A stretch of DNA of 64,000 nt. Source: a virus. The notes beneath the pieces were generated by a model that was given only the letters and a program-made list of their open reading frames with translations, ran no database searches and was not told where the DNA came from. The stretch covers positions 21,904-85,903 of IMG/VR virus record IMGVR_UViG_3300031707_002920. The stretch is one strand, 5' to 3'. Positions 56,159-64,000 of the stretch are shown here, piece by piece; positions within the stretch are counted from its first letter, which is position 1, and each line of letters starts with the position of its first letter. The position numbers and the translations under genes were made by a program.

Positions 56159-56418
56159 CAGGGAGAGTAGTTATGTCAATTTGTAAAAGTTGCCATAAGC
56201 AGTATGCTTCTGGAGAAGTTGATGACGGATATTGTTCAAATGAATGTTGGGAAAAAGAAAATTGTGGTGAACCTGAATTACCTGAACCAATAATGGAAGA
56301 AGAACTTGCATAGCTTAGCAAAGAAATTGTTAGAGCTAAAAGCTTGAAAAATATTGTCATTGTATCTTAAGATCGCGTATGCGTAAATCATTTGATCAAT
56401 TGAGTATATAATTTTACT

Positions 56419-57627
56419 ATGAGTTTAGTCATAGTATCAGATCCACATATTGGCGAATATAGTTATGGACGTACAGATCCTACTACAGGATTAAATACTC
56501 GTCTACTTGATTTACTTAATAATTTTGATCAAACTATCACATACGCAATTGATGTTAAAGCTGCTGCTTACATTATCGTAGGTGACATTTACAGAGTCAA
56601 ACATCCTAATTCTAAAATAAGAAAGCAGTTTGCATCAAAGCTCAAGCGTCTTATAAAAGCTAATATACTGGTAATATTGATGACCGGTAATCACGACATG
56701 ACTGCTACATCTGACGGTGCTCATGCAATGTCAGAAATGGAAGAATTATCAGATCTTATCGATAATCTTACGATAGTATCTTCGCCTCAAATAATTCCAG
56801 TCAATGATGATGAACTCTATTTACTACCATTTGTAAATAGGGGTGAACAAGGATTGTTAACACCTCAAGAATTTCTTGAATATCAAAGAAAATGTATTGA
56901 TGATTTCAATCTTAAAACGAATAAAAGTCGATTTAAGAATAAATTGTTTTTTGGACATTTTGGAACTGATAAGTCAGTCATTGGTAATAGTTTTGATTTA
57001 GACATGTCTGATAATGAGCATGAAAATAAAGTCTCGTTGTCAGCGTTTGACGGTGGCGATTGGACGAAAGTTTATTTAGGACACATACATAAACAGCAGG
57101 AATTTAATAAAATCGCACGTCATGTAGGTTCTTTATGTCGAGTCGATTTCACCGAAGAAAAAGAACAAAAAGGATTCTATCATTACAATAAAGGACTTGA
57201 CCAATTCATACATCTTGATGATCGACAGTTTTTAACATTAGAATTAAAATTGCTAGATGAAAATTACAAAACTACATTGGTTGATTTTCAAACCATGTTA
57301 AATGATTTAAACGACAATGACAAGTTAAAAACTGCGATTGTTAAATTAAAAGTCGATGTGCTACAGACATACTATACTGCTATAAAACTCGATAGAATCG
57401 AATCATTTTTACGAGAAAATTGCTGGCACTTTACAGGCGCTAGTATTAATGTAAGTTCGAAAGAAGTAATTGACGATAATGTTAGTAAAATCACTAATAT
57501 AGACGCACCCGATGAAGCGTTGAAGAAATTTGTCGATAAACATTCTGATAGGTTTAAAGACATTAAAGATAAAATGGTAGATAAAGGTATTGATATTCTT
57601 AAACAGGTCAAATCATTTAGGAGTTAA
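56419..57627 (+). CDS. SbcD/Mre11-like nuclease
   Basis: SDPH, GD, GNHD, GH, LGHIH..Q, GSL...DF.E. Confidence 0.9.
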   Translation: MSLVIVSDPHIGEYSYGRTDPTTGLNTRLLDLLNNFDQTITYAIDVKAAAYIIVGDIYRVKHPNSKIRKQFASKLKRLIKANILVILMTGNHDMTATSDGAHAMSEMEELSDLIDNLTIVSSPQIIPVNDDELYLLPFVNRGEQGLLTPQEFLEYQRKCIDDFNLKTNKSRFKNKLFFGHFGTDKSVIGNSFDLDMSDNEHENKVSLSAFDGGDWTKVYLGHIHKQQEFNKIARHVGSLCRVDFTEEKEQKGFYHYNKGLDQFIHLDDRQFLTLELKLLDENYKTTLVDFQTMLNDLNDNDKLKTAIVKLKVDVLQTYYTAIKLDRIESFLRENCWHFTGASINVSSKEVIDDNVSKITNIDAPDEALKKFVDKHSDRFKDIKDKMVDKGIDILKQVKSFRS

Positions 57628-57628
57628 T

Positions 57629-58192
57629 ATGGTTCTTACAGGTCTTGAAATTATTGAACAAGTTAAACAAGGTAATATCTATATTGAAGATTTTGATCCT
57701 GCAAGAGTTAATCCTAATTCTTATAATCTTAAGTTATATAATGAGCTGCTTGTTTATGATGATCGTTATTTAGAACGTATTGCTTGTGGCGCACCGTTTT
57801 TAGATATGAAAAAGAAAAATGTTACAAGACGAATAATCATACCTGAAGATGGGTTTATTTTGTCACCCGGAGAATTGTATTTAGGTAGAACAGTAGAAAT
57901 GACAAAGACTATTGGATTCGTACCGCAAATTCAGGGTCGCAGTTCTATAGGTAGGCTCGGTATTGATGTACATAAAACTGCTGGTTGGGGTGATGATGGA
58001 TTTGAGAATTATTGGACATTAGAAATCGTCGCTACAAAACTAGTGAAAATTTATCCGTTCGTTGAGTTCTGTCAGATTATATATATGAAGACATTTGGTG
58101 ATGCTTCTTTGAAATATAAAGGTAAGTATCATAAAGTAAATGCTAATGCTATTGATGGCAGCAAACTTTATGAAGAGTTTAAAAAACTATAA
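57629..58192 (+). CDS. dcd: dCTP deaminase
   Basis: NPNSYNL, GRSSIGRLG, H.TAG.GD.GF...WTLE. Confidence 0.92.
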   Translation: MVLTGLEIIEQVKQGNIYIEDFDPARVNPNSYNLKLYNELLVYDDRYLERIACGAPFLDMKKKNVTRRIIIPEDGFILSPGELYLGRTVEMTKTIGFVPQIQGRSSIGRLGIDVHKTAGWGDDGFENYWTLEIVATKLVKIYPFVEFCQIIYMKTFGDASLKYKGKYHKVNANAIDGSKLYEEFKKL

Positions 58193-58221
58193 GTCATTAA
58201 TCTATGAGATTTTGATTGATT

Positions 58222-58470
58222 ATGATAATAAATCGCAGCTATTTAAAAGATTTTGCTGATGGCTGTTGCATTACAGCTATAGAAGATTTGACTATTGATG
58301 TCAATATCAATAATCTTAAATTTTATATTCATAAAGGATCAAAATTAAAATTATGTAAGTTTTTCAACGAACATTTTTTAGTAATACCATTATGTTGTGG
58401 TGTTGACATTTTACAACCAATTAATAAATTTACGTTAGAAGAAAAGTTTAATAGATTTTTCGATGACTAA
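58222..58470 (+). CDS. hypothetical protein
   Basis: ORF track. Confidence 0.45.
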   Translation: MIINRSYLKDFADGCCITAIEDLTIDVNINNLKFYIHKGSKLKLCKFFNEHFLVIPLCCGVDILQPINKFTLEEKFNRFFDD

Positions 58471-58482
58471 AAAGGAGATATC

Positions 58483-58674
58483 ATGAAATATAAAGTAATA
58501 GTGCATCACGATGGTTCATGGAATTGTGATGTTTTAAATCACGAAAAGCATCAATGCAGTGAAATCGTAAATGTTATTGGGTCGTTTGGTGAAATCAAAG
58601 CTGTAAAAGACAAGCGCGATGAAGTTCCCGTCAAAGATTCGATTCATATAATAGGAGGTGCGAATGTCTACTAG
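58483..58674 (+). CDS. small protein, DUF2997-like
   Basis: V..DG....V......C; precedes Ycf35-like gene. Confidence 0.5.
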   Translation: MKYKVIVHHDGSWNCDVLNHEKHQCSEIVNVIGSFGEIKAVKDKRDEVPVKDSIHIIGGANVY

Positions 58675-58975
58675 CGTTATTGGTTTAACTGAAATTCGCA
58701 ATACTGCGATTTTAAAACAAACTCTTACTGAGCTTGGTATCAGTTATAGAGAAGTTAATGCAGAAACTTTAACTTGGGGTGAAGGTTATCAAAAAATGAT
58801 GATTAATACTAATACTGGTGAAATCAAATACGATAATATGTATAATGAAAGTGTTAATCATATTAAACAAAATTACAGTAAAAATTTTATCATCGCAGAG
58901 ATTGCTAAAAAAGGTCATCGTATAAGTTCTATTAATAATGTCAATAATACAATAGAAATTATTGCAAGTTACTAA
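58664..58975 (+). CDS. Ycf35/DUF1257-like protein
   Basis: TEIRN..IL...L.ELG, IKQ.YS......K.G. Confidence 0.6.
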   Translation: MSTSVIGLTEIRNTAILKQTLTELGISYREVNAETLTWGEGYQKMMINTNTGEIKYDNMYNESVNHIKQNYSKNFIIAEIAKKGHRISSINNVNNTIEIIASY

Positions 58976-59157
58976 TGCAAACTGTCGTTTCAGAACAAAA
59001 ATTTATCATTCAACCTGACGGTACTATAATTGTTGAATGGGTTAATCCTGATTTTTCTGATGTTATAATAGACGCACTTTATTCTGAAAAAGAAAAAGAA
59101 GAAATTTATAAATTAAGTAAGAAAACAAAGCTTAAACCTAAAATTTGGTGCGGTTAA
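58975..59157 (+). CDS. hypothetical protein
   Basis: Coupled TAATG start. Confidence 0.6.
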   Translation: MQTVVSEQKFIIQPDGTIIVEWVNPDFSDVIIDALYSEKEKEEIYKLSKKTKLKPKIWCG

Positions 59158-59159
59158 CT

Positions 59160-59702
59160 ATGAGAACATTAAATACAAACGTTTTATGCAATACTAAGTT
59201 TGTTAATCTTAATGAGACGCATTATGAAGACAATAAAAAAGAAATACAAACTTGGGTATGGGCACAACGATCAAACGAAGTAAAAGCAGTCATGATTGTC
59301 GCTACTGTAAACGGTCGATTAGTAGTTACAAAAGAATTTAGAGTCCCCATTGGTGATTATGAATGGGGTTGTCCTGCAGGATTAATAAATGAAAATGAAA
59401 CGGTATTACAGGCAGCTTCTAGAGAATTTGAAGAAGAGACGGGATTAAAAATTGTTCGATTTCTTAGAGATCCAAGTCCATTGACGTATAATAGTGCTGG
59501 ATTAACTGATGAAAGTATTTACATTATATTCGCAAATGCAGAAGGTAAAGTTAATAGTTCAAATGCCGGTGATTCTGAAGATATAACTGTTTATCTTATG
59601 GATCAAAAAGAAGTTCGCGATTTATTAAATAATACTGAATGTAAAAAAGGCGCAAAATCGTATTTGATATTTTTATACTTCTCTAAGTATGGCACGATCT
59701 AA
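59160..59702 (+). CDS. Nudix hydrolase (ADP-ribose pyrophosphatase-like)
   Basis: PAGLINENE....AASREFEEETG. Confidence 0.9.
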   Translation: MRTLNTNVLCNTKFVNLNETHYEDNKKEIQTWVWAQRSNEVKAVMIVATVNGRLVVTKEFRVPIGDYEWGCPAGLINENETVLQAASREFEEETGLKIVRFLRDPSPLTYNSAGLTDESIYIIFANAEGKVNSSNAGDSEDITVYLMDQKEVRDLLNNTECKKGAKSYLIFLYFSKYGTI

Positions 59703-59937
59703 GCATATAGTTTCTTCGTCTAGATTACCACGACCGTGCTCAAGATGTCCCGTTGAGAAATTTATGTGCGGCCGATGTTTTGGTGATGTATTATCTTTCT
59801 TTTTACCCAATATAATAGAAAATTCTTGAAAAATATCCAGCAATTATCTATCTATAAAAATACACTATAAACACATTTGATAAATAATTTCGAATATAGT
59901 ATATTACTGATATACTATATAGCAAAACCACTAAAAA

Positions 59938-61433
59938 TGATAACCATAAAACTCCCCTATCAATCTTCAAAAAATAATAAAGAGATTATTATGAAGCTCA
60001 TGAAGCAGCAAAATAGCTGCATGCATCATATTTTTAACAAAATAAAAGATAGTGAAAACAGTCTGGACCAAAAAGATCTAACGGTTTTAGTAAATAGCAT
60101 GAATAATATAGATGACATAGATAGCTGGTTTAAACAGTCAGCAGTCTTTACAGCTAACTCTAAATACGGAATTTTAAAAGAAAACATAAAACAAATAGAG
60201 AGCCACAATAAAGAAAATCCTGGTAACAAAAAGAGAATACCGAACTCGGTACTATTTGGAGGAAAGAAACTTTTTATAGATAGAGTTTTAAAAAAGATAA
60301 AGAAAAAAGATTTTAAACTAATGCGGCTGGATCCTTTGATTTCTGTTGGAGAAACGTGCAAAGAAGGTAATAGAAAATACTTGTTTGATGTGATAGAAAA
60401 TAATCTGATCATGTTTTATCCAGATAGGCATACTGAGATAGAAATCAAACTCCCTAAATTAAGAAAGAATTATAAAAGAGATCTCTATAAAATTCAAAAT
60501 TTGGTGGAAAATAAAAAAATGCCGGTACAGATTGGGATCGATCTTTCTCATATATACATATCTTATGATGAAGATAATTTAAAAGAAAATGCATGCTGCC
60601 CCTATATATATAAAAGATTTATGGCTATAGACATGAATCCAAATGAGATAGGGTACTCTATAGTAGACTGGATAGATGAAAATAATTTTAATATTGTAAC
60701 TACCGGTATTTTATCCATTAGAAAAATAAATGATGAGCAATTCAAACTGAGAGCCCCTTCAAATGATCCTAGAAATATTTATTTGAATAATAAAAGAGAG
60801 TATGAGATATTCGAAATATCCAAAGAACTTGTTGAGATAGCTAAATACTATCAGGTAAGTACTTTTGGTTTGGAGAATTTAGATTTATATTCTAAAGATT
60901 ATACTAAAGGTAATAAAAATAATAGGTTGATAAACAATTTCTGGGCTTATAATAGATTTTCAAAAAACTTGATAAAGAGATTAGTCATAAATAGTATAAA
61001 ATATTACGAAGTTCCTGCTGCATATAGTTCATTTATAGGTAATTTGGTTCATAGTAATTATCCGGATGCAGTAGCGGCTTCTATAGAAATAAATCGTAGA
61101 GTTTATTTGTCTTTTATAGAGGATTCTTCAACAAAGGCAAGAGTTAAATTTCATGGGTTAAAGAAAAATAAGATAAAGGCACGTCCTAAGAAAATTGCTA
61201 TATTTCCTGAGTTTAAGGAAGTTAAAGATGCTCTTATTCATACATTGGAAGTAATGAATTTGAGGCCTCTAAAATCTTTGACAGACTCGGACTCATGGAA
61301 AGACTTATATAGCAAAGTAAAAAACTTTAAATTGAGATATAGAGTTTCCTTGGACTTATTCAAGTTCGAGGTTTTCAGTTTAGGTAATAGAAAATCTTTG
61401 GTACAGAGTATGGGATGTTTTTCTATTATTTAA
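59938..61433 (+). CDS. large divergent TnpB-like RuvC protein
   Basis: AIDMNP (RuvC-I), GLENL (RuvC-II), AYSSFIG..PDAVAASIEI (RuvC-III); similar hairpins at ~59716 and ~61447. Confidence 0.8.
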
Positions 61434-61491
61434 GTATCTTATGTTCTCGTGAATTAGCACGATATTTTTTACGACAGAAGAAGAAAAAATT

Positions 61492-63204
61492 ATGAATATG
61501 ACTTCAATAGATTATTTGCAATCTAAATTAGACCAAATAACGCCCGTAATTTATGTTCTCACAGACGATGAGCACAGGTCTATTTTAGGTATCGATAATA
61601 TGTCACAAAGACAATCTAATAAATTTGCTACAGAAGTTTACGTCTATAAATCGACAATTGGTATTAAGTCTATTGCAAATTATAAAAGAGATATTGACGA
61701 AAAAAAAGGCGAAATTGATAGTGCGACGATAGATATTCATAATACATTAATTCATATTTATACGCAGAATAAAAAAGATCGTCGTCAGATCTATATAATC
61801 ACTGAAGCTGATTATCATTTAGAAGACGCGCAGGTTGTTCGACGAATAAAAGATTTTGTTATTCAGGCTGACAATAGTGATAGTAATTTAAAGATTATAA
61901 TACTAATGTCGTCAAAATTACATTTACCAGAAAAATTAGAAAAGTATATTGATGTATTTACGTATCCATATCCAACAGAAAATGAAATTAAAGAAGAAAT
62001 AAATTCTTGGGTTGCAAAATTTAATGGTGCTATTAGAGATAAGAAAAAGCAGGTTGAAATACGGACTGACTTTGAAATTATCAATTCTTTAAAAGGCATT
62101 GTAGTATCACAAATTCACCAAACGATAACTGCATGTATTGATATTACAAGGAGAGACGATAAATCAGGTAAAGGCCGGCTCGATCCATCGATTATCAATA
62201 TGTTGAAAAGAGAAGCTATTAATAAATCGACTCATTTGAAATTTAAAGAATCAAAAATTTCATTTAAAGATGTTGGTGGATTAGGTAGGTTAAAAAAATG
62301 GCTTAAAAAAATGTATGGCGGGTGGACTAATGACGGGCAAAAATTCGGTTTGCCTTTAATAAAAGGGTGTTTACTTATAGGCTTGCCAGGGTGCGGCAAA
62401 TCTTTAATTTGCGAAGCTCTTGCAAATGAATGGAATTTAAATTTGATTGAATTTGATCCATCAAAAGTATATTCATCAAGAGTTGGTGAGAGTGAAGGTA
62501 ACATGCGTATGGCTTTAGCGAGGATAGAAAGTATGGCGCCAGCTCTGCTTTTCATTGATGAAGTAGAAAAAGCATTTGCAGGTTTACAAAGTTCTTCATT
62601 CTCTGATGCTGGGACAACAGCTCGTACGATTGGTATATATCTGATTTGGATGAATAATAATAATTCATGGATATTTAATATGGCTACATGTAATCAAATA
62701 CATTTTTTACCGCCTGAATTAGTATCGAGATATGATGCTGTATTTTATGTTGGTCCGCCTGATACTAATGAAAGAAAAGAAATATTACAGATTCAAATTC
62801 GAAATAACAATAGAGATCCTTCAAAATTTAATTTAGACGAATTAGCAAGTGTTTGCGATCGTTTAGCAGGTCGCGAAATAAAACATGCAGTTAATGAGGC
62901 AATGTATGACGCATTTGGTTTATATAAAACTGATGGTCAAACTGATTTAAACACTGATGTTTTGAAAGAGACGTTAAAAAGAAAAATACCTGTGACTAAA
63001 ACAATGGAAAAGCAATTAGAATATTTGATTAAATGGGTTGGATATGACAAAGAACGTCGTGACGGAGTGAGGGCAAGATTTGCCAATAATGAAATAGATG
63101 ATATCGATGCATTATTTACTGAAATATTAACAAATACAGATGCAAATGAACAAGCAGGTACAAATTATGGACTGGGAATTGATCCAAATATACCGAATTT
63201 TTAG
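61492..63204 (+). CDS. Ycf46-like AAA+ ATPase
   Basis: VGGL..LK.WL, GLPGCGKS, FIDEVEK, ATCN...LPPE..R.D. Confidence 0.88.
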   Translation: MNMTSIDYLQSKLDQITPVIYVLTDDEHRSILGIDNMSQRQSNKFATEVYVYKSTIGIKSIANYKRDIDEKKGEIDSATIDIHNTLIHIYTQNKKDRRQIYIITEADYHLEDAQVVRRIKDFVIQADNSDSNLKIIILMSSKLHLPEKLEKYIDVFTYPYPTENEIKEEINSWVAKFNGAIRDKKKQVEIRTDFEIINSLKGIVVSQIHQTITACIDITRRDDKSGKGRLDPSIINMLKREAINKSTHLKFKESKISFKDVGGLGRLKKWLKKMYGGWTNDGQKFGLPLIKGCLLIGLPGCGKSLICEALANEWNLNLIEFDPSKVYSSRVGESEGNMRMALARIESMAPALLFIDEVEKAFAGLQSSSFSDAGTTARTIGIYLIWMNNNNSWIFNMATCNQIHFLPPELVSRYDAVFYVGPPDTNERKEILQIQIRNNNRDPSKFNLDELASVCDRLAGREIKHAVNEAMYDAFGLYKTDGQTDLNTDVLKETLKRKIPVTKTMEKQLEYLIKWVGYDKERRDGVRARFANNEIDDIDALFTEILTNTDANEQAGTNYGLGIDPNIPNF

Positions 63205-63276
63205 AGAAAGAGTCATAATGAACGAAGAGAAAATGTAAGGGTTTAATAGGCTGTACTTCGAGCGAGTGCTGTAAAC

Positions 63277-63620
63277 GTTGTTTGTAATGTCCGATAAGAG
63301 TGTTATTATAAGCCAGGCGAGAAGGGTGGTAGATTGTGAGTGATGATGAAATATTAGTTCCGATAGTGCGCGAGTCTTTGCGAGCGATAGTTGCAGATGA
63401 GGAAAGTTGTCGTCTTCTCAAACAAGCGTTAATCAATAGTGGTGTAATTGTCGCCCAGCAGAACACTGTGAAATCACCGGGCACAGACAAACAACATACA
63501 CAGCTTGCAATTACAGCTCTTCGCAGTGCGCTATCTCGGTTGCCTATCAAACTTAATATGGTAGATCAAATATTGGTTGCCTTCGATGAGGAGTTGCAAC
63601 AGCAAACGAGTGCGTTAAGG
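63277..63620 (+). mobile_element. isolated decayed gene cassette related to the main array
   Basis: AAAC-GTTGTTTG core at 63277, CAAACAAC inverse core at 63488, attC body homologous to 27002-27130. Confidence 0.75.
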
Positions 63621-63701
63621 ATGCCACCATGCCCATCATTTAACTCGTGTCATAACGATAGAAAAAATGACAAGTGTTTTGCTGGTCATCCATTTCAGTA
63701 A
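63336..63701 (+). CDS. cassette-derived hypothetical protein
   Basis: Contains QHTQLAI.ALR.ALSRLP..L.MVDQILVAF.EELQQQ module. Confidence 0.6.
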   Translation: MSDDEILVPIVRESLRAIVADEESCRLLKQALINSGVIVAQQNTVKSPGTDKQHTQLAITALRSALSRLPIKLNMVDQILVAFDEELQQQTSALRMPPCPSFNSCHNDRKNDKCFAGHPFQ

Positions 63702-64000
63702 GCGCTTCATGTAGGCACGGCAGGCTTGCGCCATGGCACCTTTATACATCGCACAGCACGCACTAGTAAGGAGGTGATATGACAGTTTGTAAAGGATGTG
63801 GTAGAAACAGCACATGACTCAGGAGCATTTTAAAGATTTCTTCATGGTAACTAACAGATCTATTTATGATCCGGCCTGCCTTGACGCCGGAAGCACAAGA
63901 ATTCGTTTCAAAACTATAAGGAGGGCCAATGAAATTTCAGCGCACCATCAAACGGCAACTTTACGTTTCGCTCACAGCCATCGAGAGGGATACGGCGGTA

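Noticed and set aside
59938-61433. Cas12 effector of a CRISPR system
   Set aside because: No repeat-spacer array or cas1/cas2 nearby.
1-64000. Stop-codon reassignment
   Set aside because: Conserved genes are full length in the standard code and end in TAA, TAG and TGA; no suppressor tRNA (the 1814 tRNA loop reads TCT, not CTA).

Overview
This is an AT-rich segment of a large (jumbo-type) dsDNA bacteriophage genome, read in the standard code, with essentially all real genes on the + strand. It carries 12 tRNA genes plus a tRNA remnant, a tmRNA, auxiliary metabolic genes (ACP, carboxyspermidine dehydrogenase, NadD), a primase, a sigma factor and NusG. The replication/recombination block has a 5'-3' exonuclease, HU, a two-gene DnaE with three mini-inteins, SSB, RecA, RuvC and SbcD. 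Nucleotide-metabolism genes include class II RNR, dUTPase, dCTP deaminase and a probable dCMP hydroxymethylase, with a candidate DNA glycosyltransferase. There are also several IS200/IS605 tnpB elements and their miniatures. The standout is a ~10.3 kb, visibly GC-richer region (18783-29100) organised as an integron-like gene-cassette array. A promoter-overlapping attI-like site is followed by about 28 single-ORF cassettes separated by more than 20 attC-like hairpins (AAC...GTT). These hairpins have a consistent non-canonical geometry, cassette-specific nested terminal inverted repeats, and ORFs that read into them. A duplicated attI followed by different first cassettes, and one cassette start present behind two different neighbours with the junction exactly at GTT, point to site-specific shuffling. 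No integrase is present in the window. A decayed cassette also lies at ~63.3 kb. All functional calls come from motif recognition by eye; no database search was run.
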